A program made the translations under genes and the position numbers. A DNA stretch of 64,000 bases, taken from contig CAVVUS010000011.1 of the NCBI GenBank assembly GCA_963751345.1, positions 224,001 through 288,000 on the forward strand, given 5' to 3'. Shown piece by piece: positions 30,715 through 40,590 of this stretch (the first letter of the stretch is position 1; every line of letters starts with the position of its first letter). The DNA comes from an uncultured Chloroflexia bacterium. GTDB taxonomy: Bacteria; Chloroflexota; Anaerolineae; B4-G1; SLSP01. The notes beneath the pieces were generated by a model. It worked only from the letters and a program-made list of their open reading frames with translations. It was not told the origin of the DNA and ran no database searches.

Positions 30715-30949
30715 AGCGGCAACCCCTGTGCCCGTTGAGCGGCCTCCCGTACCCTGTCTCGAGGCTTGGCTGAAAACGTCGGATAGCTCTTGTCTGACGT
30801 GATTATACATGTGTGGGAGGGCGCATCAAGGGCGCAGAAGTCTCTCGGCTTGGCACTGCCGGCCCGCCACCAAATGCTCTTCCTTGATGCGCCGGTTTTC
30901 CCTACTGACTTACGTGCGGATTGGGTCCAGGATCACTCCCTCCGCCCGG

Positions 30950-32089
30950 CTACCAGTCGGCCACACTGCCGTCCGAGGGATAGAAGAACTCGCCACCGAG
31001 CTCCTCCGTATACTCGACGCTGTGCTGGACAGCGTCTTCGTCGATCTCAAAGCCGAGGCCGGGCTTGGTGGGCAGCTCGATGAAGCCATCCTTGACCTGC
31101 CAGTCCTCCTGCAACAGGCCATCGCCCAGACAGGCATCGACCTGTTCCTGGATCAGGAAGTTGGGCACCACGGCATCGACCTGCATACAGGCTGCGAAGG
31201 CCACTGGGCCGATGGCGCAGTGAGGCATGATGTGCATATAGTAGACCTCGGCCATATTCGCGACCTTCTTGAGTTCACTGATCCCACCGACGTGCGAGCC
31301 ATCCGGCTGAATCAGCGAGACCGCGTGCTTCTCGAAGATCTCGCGGAATCCCCAACGGGTCAGCAGACGCTCACCTGTCGCGATGGGGAAGGAGACGTGA
31401 TCGGAGACAAGCTTCATCGCGTCGACGTTCTCCTGGGGCACCGGCTCCTCGACAAACATCGGGCGCATGCCCTTGAGCTCGTTGCAGACCTCGATGGCCA
31501 ATCCGGGCGTCATCTTGCCGTGGAAGTCGAAGCAGAGCTCCACATCCGGCCCGACCCATTCGCGCATCAGATAGGCACGTCTGACAAAGTCGTCGATGGC
31601 AGCAGGCGGTTCGTGGGCGCGCCAGAAGCCACCGGGCCCTCCTTTGTAGGCGGTATATCCCATCGTCTGGAGCCGCTCCAGTCGTTCGCGCGACCGGGCC
31701 AGCCCCTCAGCACTCAGGTCGTGGATGCCCCAATGAGCGTAGACGCGGATCCGGTCGCGCACTTGCCCGCCCATCAGACGGTACGAAGGGACGCCGTAGG
31801 CCTTGCCCGCGATGTCCCACAATGCCTGGTCGATGCCGGAGAGCGCCGACATGACGACGGGGCCCCCGCGGAAGAACGATGAGCGGTAGATGTGCTGCCA
31901 GTGGTGCTCAATGCGGAGGGGATCTTTGCCGACGAGATAGGTTGCCATTTCGTCGACGGCGGCACACGTGCTGGCGGGACGCCCCTCCAGGGTGGTCTCG
32001 CCCCAACCAATCAACCCCTCGTCGGTGGTGATCTTGACCAATCGGGTGCGTTTCCTCGGGAAGAACTGCTCGATAGCGGTGATTTTCAT
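30950..32089 (-). CDS. dgoD: D-galactonate dehydratase-like enolase-superfamily enzyme
   Basis: GWGETTLEG, SGIDQALWDIAGK, FDFHG, FVEEP, ATGER, IQPD, PHC and C-terminal DGSVADW. Start at MKITAIE. Confidence 0.85.
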   Translation of the reverse strand: MKITAIEQFFPRKRTRLVKITTDEGLIGWGETTLEGRPASTCAAVDEMATYLVGKDPLRIEHHWQHIYRSSFFRGGPVVMSALSGIDQALWDIAGKAYGVPSYRLMGGQVRDRIRVYAHWGIHDLSAEGLARSRERLERLQTMGYTAYKGGPGGFWRAHEPPAAIDDFVRRAYLMREWVGPDVELCFDFHGKMTPGLAIEVCNELKGMRPMFVEEPVPQENVDAMKLVSDHVSFPIATGERLLTRWGFREIFEKHAVSLIQPDGSHVGGISELKKVANMAEVYYMHIMPHCAIGPVAFAACMQVDAVVPNFLIQEQVDACLGDGLLQEDWQVKDGFIELPTKPGLGFEIDEDAVQHSVEYTEELGGEFFYPSDGSVADW

Positions 32090-32257
32090 CAGCTTTCCTT
32101 TCGGCGGGCAAGGTGCTCCGTATATTGGGTAACTTCGTGCATGTTCGGCGCAGGTCGCGAAATCGTCAAACGGCACTTTCTCGGGCACGTCGGGCCAGGG
32201 CTCACGCCCCGATCTCCCGCCTCCGGTGATTCTAATGAAACTTATATGATAAAGCCA

Positions 32258-32286
32258 TTGACTTTTGGAAGATATCCCTCTATAAT
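32258..32286 (+). promoter_or_regulatory. Near-consensus sigma70 promoter of the pdh operon
   Basis: TTGACT-N17-TATAAT within an AT-rich divergent intergenic region. Confidence 0.8.
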
Positions 32287-32399
32287 AATATCGTAAAACC
32301 ATAAAATCTCTAACACGAATTGCACGCAATGGGCCACGCACGGGTGGGGTGTGGCTGGGTCGGCTCATTCAGAGGATACCGACGAGCGGGAGGTAACAG

Positions 32400-33491
32400 A
32401 TGCCTAGAGAGATTATCGAACTTCCATATACGGTTGACCATCTTTCGATCCTGGACCCGGATGGCAATGTCGATGAGAGCCTGGAGCCCGATCTGTCGGA
32501 TGAGTTGCTGCTCCGGCTGCATCGGGCCATGCTTCTCGGTCGGCGCTTCGATGAGCGTATGCTGCGGATGCAGCGCCAGGGACGCATAGGCACTTTTGCG
32601 CCGATCAAGGGACAGGAGGCCGCCAACGTCGGCGCTGCGGCCGTCTTGCGTGACTCGGACTGGATGGCGGTGTCATTCCGCGAGACGGCTAGCCAGTTGA
32701 TGCGCGGGCAGTCGATGTCGGATCTGCTGCTCTATTACGGCGGTTACAACGAGGGCGGCTTCGTCCCCGAGGGTGTGAACACCCTTCCGGTGTCGATCCC
32801 GGTGGCATCCCAGGCGCTCCACGCCGTAGGGCTGGCGTGGGCAATCAAATACCGGGAGAAGGACGACATTGCGATGGCCTTCTTCGGTGATGGCGCGACG
32901 TCCCAGGGCGACTTCTACGAAGCGCTGAACTTCGCCGGGGTCTACAGAGTACCTGCGGTCTTCATCTGCCAGGACAATCAGTGGGCGATCTCTCTGCCGC
33001 GGTCCCGGCAGACCGCGTCGAAGACGCTGGCACAGAAGGCGTTTGCCGCAGGCATTCCGGGGATCCAGGTGGATGGCAATGACGTGCTGGCCGTCTACGT
33101 TGCCTCCAAGGAGGCAGCGGATCGCGCACGGGCGGGCGACGGTCCGACGCTGATCGAGGCGGTGACCTATCGCATGTCGGTTCATACGACGTCCGATGAC
33201 CCCAAGCGCTATCGCACGGACGAGGAGGTTGGGGATTGGGAGCGGCGTGATCCGATCGTCCGATTCCAGACATACCTCAAGCAGAAGCAGCTCTTGGATG
33301 ATGAGAAAATCGGCGCGCTCGAAGAGGAAATCGATCAGGAGATCCGTGACGCGGTCGATCAGGCCGAAAAGAAGATGGGCGAGCCCGTCGATGCGCTGGT
33401 GATGTTCGATGATATCTACGCCGAGCCTCATCCCTATCTCCTGGATCAGAGACAAGAGCTGGCGGATGAGCTGAAAGCGAAGGAGGCGTAG
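32400..33491 (+). CDS. pdhA: Pyruvate (2-oxoacid) dehydrogenase E1 alpha
   Basis: RQGRIG, GQEA, FFGDGATSQGD..N TPP motif, YRMSVHTTSDD. Confidence 0.9.
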   Translation: MPREIIELPYTVDHLSILDPDGNVDESLEPDLSDELLLRLHRAMLLGRRFDERMLRMQRQGRIGTFAPIKGQEAANVGAAAVLRDSDWMAVSFRETASQLMRGQSMSDLLLYYGGYNEGGFVPEGVNTLPVSIPVASQALHAVGLAWAIKYREKDDIAMAFFGDGATSQGDFYEALNFAGVYRVPAVFICQDNQWAISLPRSRQTASKTLAQKAFAAGIPGIQVDGNDVLAVYVASKEAADRARAGDGPTLIEAVTYRMSVHTTSDDPKRYRTDEEVGDWERRDPIVRFQTYLKQKQLLDDEKIGALEEEIDQEIRDAVDQAEKKMGEPVDALVMFDDIYAEPHPYLLDQRQELADELKAKEA

Positions 33492-33493
33492 CC

Positions 33494-34474
33494 ATGGCAA
33501 GAATGACGATGGTTCAGGCGCTGAACCTGGCGCTGACGCAGGAGATGGCCAAGGACGACAGCGTAGTCGTCCTGGGGGAGGATGTCGGGCGTGATGGCGG
33601 CGTCTTTCGGGTCACCGAGGGACTGCTGGAGGCCTATGGCGAGAATCGGTCTCTGGATACGCCGCTTGGCGAGGCCGGCATTGTTGGTATGGCGATCGGT
33701 ATGGCGATCTACGGGCTTAAGCCCGTCGCCGAGATCCAGTTCTCGGGCTTTATTTATCAGGCTTTCCATCAGATCGAACAGCATGCCGCCCGCATGAGGT
33801 GGCGATCGCGGGGCCGGTTCACGGTCCCGATGGTCATTCGGACGCCCTTTGCCGCCGGCGTGCGGGCGCTGGAGCACCATTCGGAGAGCCGCGAGACCTA
33901 TTTTGCGCACACGCCGGGGCTCAAGATGGTGATCCCGTCCGGTCCGAGGAACGCGCGCGCGCTCCTAGTCGCTGCCATTCGCGATCCGGATCCCGTGATC
34001 TTCTTCGAGCCGAAGTCGATCTATCGTGCCTTCCGCGAGGAGGTGCCCGAGGATGAGGAGGTCATGGAGATCGGCAAATCGGTGGTCGCCCGCGAGGGAG
34101 AGGACCTGACGATGGTCTCGTACGGCGCGATGATGCGACCGACACTCGCGGCTGCAGAGACACTGGCGGAGGAAGATGGGGTGAATGCCGAAGTTATCGA
34201 TCTCCTCACCATCTCGCCGCTGGATGATACATTGTTCACCGAGTCGGTCCGCAAGACCGGACGATTGGTGATCGTCCACGAAGCTCACCGCAGTTTCGGC
34301 CCCGGCGCAGAGATCGTCGCGCGAATCAATGAGAAGTCCTTCTGGTATCTCGAGGCACCGATCAAGCGGGTCACGGGGTTTGACACCATGGTGCCCCTGT
34401 TCGCCCGCGAGCAAGCCTATCTACCCGATGCCGACCGTGTCCTGCGCGCGGCTCGGGAGACGTTGAGCGTCTAG
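33494..34474 (+). CDS. pdhB: 2-oxoacid dehydrogenase E1 beta
   Basis: GEDVG..GGVFR, DTPLGE, EIQF, EHHS, FFEPK. Confidence 0.9.
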   Translation: MARMTMVQALNLALTQEMAKDDSVVVLGEDVGRDGGVFRVTEGLLEAYGENRSLDTPLGEAGIVGMAIGMAIYGLKPVAEIQFSGFIYQAFHQIEQHAARMRWRSRGRFTVPMVIRTPFAAGVRALEHHSESRETYFAHTPGLKMVIPSGPRNARALLVAAIRDPDPVIFFEPKSIYRAFREEVPEDEEVMEIGKSVVAREGEDLTMVSYGAMMRPTLAAAETLAEEDGVNAEVIDLLTISPLDDTLFTESVRKTGRLVIVHEAHRSFGPGAEIVARINEKSFWYLEAPIKRVTGFDTMVPLFAREQAYLPDADRVLRAARETLSV

Positions 34475-34484
34475 GGGGGAACCT

Positions 34485-35855
34485 ATGGCTAAGGAATTCA
34501 AGCTGCCCGATCTTGGCGAGGGCATTCATGAGGGTGAGGTGCTCGCGGTCAAGGTGAGCCAGGGCCAACAGGTCAAGGAAGACGACACGATCCTTGAGGT
34601 CGAGACCGACAAGGCTGCCGTGGAGATACCCTCTCCGTATACCGACGTGGTCACCGACGTAAGGGTCTCAGCCGGCGATGTCGTGCACGTCGGCGACGTC
34701 ATGATGGTTTTCGGTGGCGTAGCTGACAATGCTCCGAAGGAGAAGACGAGGGAAGCTGAGGCGCCCCCGAAGGGTCGTCGGCCCTCCGAAGTGCGGGCGG
34801 CGTCAGAAGAAGCGCCTCTCGGCGTGCAAACGCCGGCCGGCGAACCGATTCGTGAGGGGCCTGTCCCCGCGGCCCCGTCGACGCGGCGCCTGGCCCGTGA
34901 GCTGGGCGTGGATCTCCACGAGGTGTCGCCCACCGGCGCCGGGGGGCGGGTGACGCGGGAGGACGTGCGCGCCTACGCTGAGGGTGGGGGGCCTGCTGCG
35001 GAGGAGGCCCAGCCCGAGAAGCAACCCGAGCGGCGGCTGTTTGGCGTCTCTCCGCAGACGGTCGAGGCCCCGCCGCTGCCGGACTACGACAAGGTTGGGC
35101 CGGTCGAGCGCGAGCAACTGCGCTCGGTGCGCCGCGCGACCGCGAAGCAGATGGCGCTGGCCTGGTCGCAGATACCACACGTCAGCACGCAGGATCTGGT
35201 GGACGTCACGGAGCTGGAGAAGCTCCGGCGGCAGTACAAGGATGAGGTCAAGGACCGTGACGGTGCCCTGACGATCACAGTTTTTGTGATCAAGGCATTG
35301 GTCAATGCGCTCAAGACGTTCCCGAGGTTCAACGCGAGCCTGGATATGAGCTCTGAAGAGTTGATCCTCAAGAAGTACTACAATGTGGCCATTGCGGTGG
35401 ACACGGAGCGCGGGCTGCTCGTGCCGACGATCCGCGATGCGGACAAGAAGAGCGTCTTCGAGCTCGCCGTAGAGCTGAAGGAGTTGGCCGATCGAGCGCG
35501 GGAGGGCCACGCGACGCTGGAGGAGATGCAGGGAAGCACGATCACCATCACGAATGTGGGCGCGATCGGCGGGACCAACTTTGCACCGATCATCAACTAT
35601 CCCGAGGTCGCGATCTTGGGGCTGGCCCAGGCGAGAGTCCAGCCGGTGGCCAAGCAGATCGATTTCCCGGAGGGCGAGGAACCCGAGGACTTTGAGGAGG
35701 CCCTCACCCGTGGCTATGAGTTCGTGCCCCGACTGATGATGCCGATCATCCTGAGTTTCGACCACAGGGTGAATGACGGAGCGGAGGCGCAGCGCTTCTT
35801 GAATCGCGTGATCGAGCAGCTCGAGCGCCCCGAACGTCTGTTGATGGGACTCTGA
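34485..35855 (+). CDS. pdhC: Dihydrolipoamide acyltransferase E2
   Basis: Lipoyl domain ETDKA, E3-binding PSTRRLARELGVDL, catalytic SFDHRVNDG. Confidence 0.92.
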   Translation: MAKEFKLPDLGEGIHEGEVLAVKVSQGQQVKEDDTILEVETDKAAVEIPSPYTDVVTDVRVSAGDVVHVGDVMMVFGGVADNAPKEKTREAEAPPKGRRPSEVRAASEEAPLGVQTPAGEPIREGPVPAAPSTRRLARELGVDLHEVSPTGAGGRVTREDVRAYAEGGGPAAEEAQPEKQPERRLFGVSPQTVEAPPLPDYDKVGPVEREQLRSVRRATAKQMALAWSQIPHVSTQDLVDVTELEKLRRQYKDEVKDRDGALTITVFVIKALVNALKTFPRFNASLDMSSEELILKKYYNVAIAVDTERGLLVPTIRDADKKSVFELAVELKELADRAREGHATLEEMQGSTITITNVGAIGGTNFAPIINYPEVAILGLAQARVQPVAKQIDFPEGEEPEDFEEALTRGYEFVPRLMMPIILSFDHRVNDGAEAQRFLNRVIEQLERPERLLMGL

Positions 35856-35910
35856 TAAGCGATCTCTTGGATCCTCGTAAAGGGCGGAGAGGTCGACAAG
35901 AAGGAATACG

Positions 35911-36475
35911 ATGAACGAAGAAGAGTATCGATTTGAGGTCGCCACACTTGGCGGCGGGTGTTTTTGGTGCTTGGAGGCTGTCTACGATGAGGTGAGGGGC
36001 GTTGAGTCGGTGACGTCCGGGTATGCCGGCGGCACCGTGCCCAATCCCTCTTACCAACTGGTGTGTACCGGAACGACGGGGCACGCCGAGGTCGTACAGA
36101 TCGAGTTCGACCCGACGGTCATCTCCTATCGCGACCTCCTGGAGATCTACTTCTCAATCCACGATCCAACGACGCTGAACCGCCAGGGGGCCGACGTAGG
36201 AACACAGTACCGTTCGGTGGTTTTCTACCACAACGAGGAGCAGAAGCAGGTTGTGACGGACGTCATCAAGGAGCTTGCAGCAGTCGGGCAAGTACGATGA
36301 CCCCATCGTGACCCAGGTGGTGCCCTTTGAGGCGTTCTACAAGGCTGAGGACTACCATCAGGAGTACTTTCAGAACAATCAGAACCAGCCCTACTGTCGG
36401 GTAGTGATCAGCCCAAAGGTGGCGAAGTTCCAGAAACACTTCGCCGACAGGTTGAAGGTTGAGGTAGTACTATGA
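35911..36475 (+). CDS. msrA: Peptide methionine sulfoxide reductase A, frameshift near 36280
   Basis: GGCFWC, SGYAGG, TGHAE, HDPT, QYRS; AEDYHQEY is in the next frame. Confidence 0.9.
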
Positions 36476-36927
36476 GCGAGAAAATGACGAAGACCGACGC
36501 GGAATGGAAAGAGGAGCTCTCACCCGAGGCTTACCACGTTCTGCGCCAGAAAGGGACCGAGCGCGCGTTCTCGGGCAAGTACTTTGACCTGGACGAGGAG
36601 GGGGTCTACCGGTGTGCCGCATGTGGCCAACCGGTCTTCTCTTCCGAGACGAAGTTCCATTCGGGCACGGGATGGCCCAGTTTCTACGCCCCAATCTCCG
36701 AGGACATGATCGGCACGGAGCACGATCGACGCTTTTTCATGTCGCGCACGGAGGTCCATTGCAGCCGCTGTGGCTCGCACCTCGGACACGTCTTCGACGA
36801 CGGACCCGAGCCGACCGGGCTCCGATATTGCCTGAACTCCATCTCGCTGGACTTCGATCCTGCGAAGGTGTCGCTGGGCGAGAAGAAACCCGAAACCGAG
36901 GCGCTGATAGCATCTCGGACGGCGTAG
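36472..36927 (+). CDS. msrB: Peptide methionine sulfoxide reductase B
   Basis: GTERAF, CAAC, SGTGWPSF, CSRCGSHLGHVF, RYCLNS. Confidence 0.95.
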   Translation: MSEKMTKTDAEWKEELSPEAYHVLRQKGTERAFSGKYFDLDEEGVYRCAACGQPVFSSETKFHSGTGWPSFYAPISEDMIGTEHDRRFFMSRTEVHCSRCGSHLGHVFDDGPEPTGLRYCLNSISLDFDPAKVSLGEKKPETEALIASRTA

Positions 36928-37005
36928 CGCCTCAGACGGCGTAGCGCCTCAGACAGTATGCGTCCCAGGTGTGGGGCACTCTCCGGAGGTGCCCCACACC
37001 TGGGA
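36918..37005. repeat. 17-nt tandem duplication plus a 17-bp perfect hairpin
   Basis: GACGGCGTAGCGCCTCA x2 (36918-36951); TCCCAGGTGTGGGGCAC...GTGCCCCACACCTGGGA (36963-37005). Confidence 0.8.
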
Positions 37006-37032
37006 ACACACAAGAGCAAAGGATGATGACCA

Positions 37033-38587
37033 ATGGTTATGGGAGAGATGACCCAGGAAGTGGGCATCGCCATCATCGGCGGTGGCCCCGGTGGCTATGC
37101 CGCGGCCTTTCGTGCGGCCGACTTGGGGCTGGACGTGATGGTAATCGAAGAGGACCCACGGCTGGGAGGGGTATGTCTCCATCGCGGCTGCATCCCATCC
37201 AAGACGCTCCTCTACCTCAGCCAACTGCTTCACGATGCCAGGCATTCGGATGTCCTCGGTGTGACATTCGGCGAGCCGGACATCGATCTCGGCAAAGTGC
37301 GCGACTTCAAGAACAGGGTCGTAAACAGACTGGCCGATGGCCTGATGAGTTTGGCCAAGCAGCGCGGCGTGCAGGTCGTCCAGGGTCGGGCCACCTTTGA
37401 GGACTCGGGGACGCTCAGGCTGCAGGGGGCCGACCTGGCCCACGTCAAATTCGAACACGCGATTATCGCGACCGGTTCCAAGACGATCGCCCTGCCGGGC
37501 ACCGAGTTCCGTCCCGGTGGTAGGATCATGGACTCGACCGGCGCGTTGGACCTGGCGGATCTGCCGGAGCGATTCCTGGTGGTGGGCGGGGGCTACGTGG
37601 GCCTGGAATTGGGCTCGGTCTATGCTGCACTCGGAAGCAAGGTCAGTGTCGTCGAGATGTTGGACCGGCTCATCGCTCAGGCTGACGAAGATATGGCTCG
37701 CCCCCTTGTGAGGCGCATTCACGACACCTTTGAGGCTGTCTACACCAACACGAAGGTGGCCAAGATGGTCGAAGAGACGGACGGCGTCGTCGTTACCTTC
37801 GAAGGAGAGGTCGCGGAGCCCGAACAGCGGTTCGACCGCGTGCTCGTTGCTGTGGGCCGCCGGCCCAACTCACGAGATCTCGGGCTGGAGAACACCAAGG
37901 TTGTGGTCAACGACCGCGGCTTCATCGAGGTGAATGATCAGCAGCGTACGGCGGATTCGAAGATCTACGCGATCGGAGACGTCGTCGGTGGGATGCTGCT
38001 CGCGCACAAGGCGATGTACGAGGGGCGCGTGGCGGCTGAGGTGATGGCGCACCTTCCGTCCGCTTTCGATGCGGTCGCTATCCCGGCGGTCGTCTACACC
38101 GATCCCTCATTGGCCTGGGCGGGCCTGACCGAGCAGGATGCGAAGAGGGAGGGTCGTGAGGTGAGAGGTCGCGCGCTTCCCCTGGAGCGCCTCAGGCCGC
38201 GCATTGACCATGGATGCCCCTGAGGGCATGACGAAGATCATCGCCGACCCGGAGTCCGGGCGGATTCTTGGCTTTGGCATCGTGGGGCGGGATGCCGGTG
38301 AGATGATCGCTGAGGGCGTGCTCGCCATCGAGATGGGGGCGCTGGCGGAGGATGTGGCGTTGACGATTCACGCGCACCCCACGCTCTCGGAGACCGAGGG
38401 CGAGGTTGCCGAGCTCTTCCTGGGGAGCGCAACGCACCTGCTGCCGCCGAGGCACACGGTAAGCCCGGCCCCTTCTCGTGCCTTCCCTGATGGGGAGCGA
38501 AAGCGGGAGGTTCTCCTCGAGTCCACCGAGTCTGGGAGGAAGGGGCCTTACGGCTCCGACACCTGCAGCCAGATCGACGCCGTCTGA
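37033..38587 (+). CDS. lpdA: Dihydrolipoamide dehydrogenase E3, frameshift near 38165
   Basis: [32 protein letters not shown]; IHAHPTLSE is in the next frame. The 3' end is uncertain. Confidence 0.9.
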
Positions 38588-40326
38588 AGCGGCGCCATCG
38601 ACGGATCATCAAGAACAAGGTGAAGCTCGGCAGGCACGTTGCCGCTCAGCCCCTCGATATCTAGCGGCACCACCACGCGTTGCGTTACCATCGGCAAGAC
38701 GCTGACCCGTAGCCACCCGCGCAGTTCGTTCCCCGCCCACACCTGCAGTTCGCCGTACGTGGAAAAACCGTTGGCGTCCTCGAATACGACCGGGACCGCG
38801 GCGTTGCCGTCCCGCGCGAGGCAGTTCACGGTGTCCGTGGGACGCCATCCGCCGAGGTAGGTGGCGGCTTGGTCGGGCCGGAAGACGAGATAGCGGGGAG
38901 ACTGGCTGATCGGGACCGCCAGCCCCTCGCCCTGGCTTGGGATAACCCCCTCATCGCCTGTCATCCCGACCACCGCCACGTCATCCACCGAGATGGGAAG
39001 GATGATCGTATGCGCCTCCTCGGTGGTCCAGAGCGCCATCGCTACCCGCGCCTTGTTCTGGAAGAGCAACAGGTAATCGGTCTGAAGCTCGACTGGAATT
39101 CGCCGCAGAAAGCGATAGCCGGATAGGGTTGTGGCGATCGTTCTGGCTGCCAGATAGCTGGGCTTGGCGCTGTAGTCATTGCGGACGGTGCCGAAGTTCT
39201 GCTCGGGATCCTGTTTGTCCGGCCCGTCGTCGCGCCAATCGTACCACACCGTGAGGTCTATGTCATTGGAAAGGTTGACGAGCCACTGACGGCTCAGATA
39301 CTGCGCCTGTTGGCCCTCACTGTATCCTCCTTCCGAGGAGTAGAACCCCCACTCCCCCGATAGGATGGGGATCTTCCAGTTCGGGCTGTAGCGGTTGATC
39401 AGGGCACGCAGTTCCAGGTAGGGTTGGACGATGGCCTCGGGCGAACGCACGCCGTAGGAATGGATGGTGATGGCGTCCACTTGCTCGAAAAGCCCCATTT
39501 CGCCCAATGCCCGCCAGTAGGGCCAGTCGTAGCCGGAGAGCGCGGGGGCCACGATGATGGCCGTCGGGTCAGCGCGGCGTATTGCGGCGATGGCCTTCAG
39601 GGCCAGTTGCCCGTACTGGCTCGCGTTCGCCTCGGGAGGCCAGAAGTGGTCGATATTGGGCTCGTTCCACAGCTCCCAGACCACGCCGGCGTCGCGAAAA
39701 CGCCGCGCCGCGGCGGCAGCGAACCGGGCATAGGCGGCTTGCCCCTCGGGCGAGGTGGGTGGGTACCCGTTATCGTAGAGCGGATTGCCGTAGTCGAGGA
39801 TATAGACGATGCGAATACCGCGGGCGGCCATCGATTTGGTGAGTGCATCGTATTCGGCGAAGTTGTAGGATCCCGGCGCCGTCTCAATGCTGTGCCAGAA
39901 CATATCCATCCGGATCCACCTGAACCCGCCGGCGGCGATGTAGTCGAGTTCCTCCCGCGATGCACGAGTGAAGTGGATCTCGGCGCCAAAGGGCTCTGGG
40001 ATCACCCGCTCGGGAAGCTGCCACAGGACGGGCCCGGCCTCGGGCGTGATGGTCAGCGGCGCGGTGCGTGTCAGCATCGGGATAACGATGGTGGGCAAGG
40101 GCGATGGATAGGGGGTGGGCGTCGGGAACGGCGTGGTGGTGGACGCCGCTGTGGGTGTAGCTGCCGGCGTAGGGGTGGGGGGGTGGGCGTCTGTGGTGGG
40201 TACCACGGTGTAGAGTGGTTCGGACAGGACGTCCGAGCACCCCGCCAACACGATCACGGACATTATCAGGCCGACGAGAAGCCAGCGAGGCCGAGGTCTT
40301 TTTGATGTTGGGGGCGAGATAGCCAT
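38548..40326 (-). CDS. Lipoprotein clan GH-A (GH5/GH39-like) glycoside hydrolase
   Basis: LAGC lipobox, Pro/Thr linker, [30 protein letters not shown]. Confidence 0.8.
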   Translation of the reverse strand: MAISPPTSKRPRPRWLLVGLIMSVIVLAGCSDVLSEPLYTVVPTTDAHPPTPTPAATPTAASTTTPFPTPTPYPSPLPTIVIPMLTRTAPLTITPEAGPVLWQLPERVIPEPFGAEIHFTRASREELDYIAAGGFRWIRMDMFWHSIETAPGSYNFAEYDALTKSMAARGIRIVYILDYGNPLYDNGYPPTSPEGQAAYARFAAAAARRFRDAGVVWELWNEPNIDHFWPPEANASQYGQLALKAIAAIRRADPTAIIVAPALSGYDWPYWRALGEMGLFEQVDAITIHSYGVRSPEAIVQPYLELRALINRYSPNWKIPILSGEWGFYSSEGGYSEGQQAQYLSRQWLVNLSNDIDLTVWYDWRDDGPDKQDPEQNFGTVRNDYSAKPSYLAARTIATTLSGYRFLRRIPVELQTDYLLLFQNKARVAMALWTTEEAHTIILPISVDDVAVVGMTGDEGVIPSQGEGLAVPISQSPRYLVFRPDQAATYLGGWRPTDTVNCLARDGNAAVPVVFEDANGFSTYGELQVWAGNELRGWLRVSVLPMVTQRVVVPLDIEGLSGNVPAELHLVLDDPSMAPLQTASIWLQVSEP

Positions 40327-40375
40327 AGCGGGAGTCTATCCGATTTCTCACTGGACGCTAGAGCTGCTAGAGCTG

Positions 40376-40421
40376 ACCTTCCGGGTTGCGCACGCCGTCT
40401 GAGGCGCGCAACCCGGAAGGT
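40376..40421. repeat. 16-bp inverted repeat (REP-like)
   Basis: ACCTTCCGGGTTGCGC...GCGCAACCCGGAAGGT. Confidence 0.75.
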
Positions 40422-40515
40422 AGCGAACAACTCGGGACGTTCGGACGTGCTCACGACCTAACGTTGCACCGCTCTGTTTGACTCGTCGCCGATTGCTGAT
40501 AAGATGGCGGTGCTC

Positions 40516-40589
40516 GGGCGGTTAGCTCAGTTGGTTAGAGCGCCTCTCTTACACGGAGGAGGTCACAGGTTCGAGTCCTGTACCGCCCA
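40516..40589 (+). tRNA. tRNA-Val (anticodon TAC), CCA not encoded
   Basis: Acceptor stem GGGCGGT/ACCGCCC, D-arm GCTC/GAGC, anticodon loop CTTACAC, T-loop TTCGAGT. TTGACT-N16-TAAGAT lies upstream. Confidence 0.97.
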
Positions 40590-40590
40590 C

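Noticed and set aside
40100-40200. G-rich repeats in the GH lipoprotein and near 56200-56350
   Set aside because: They simply encode Pro/Thr linkers typical of surface proteins.
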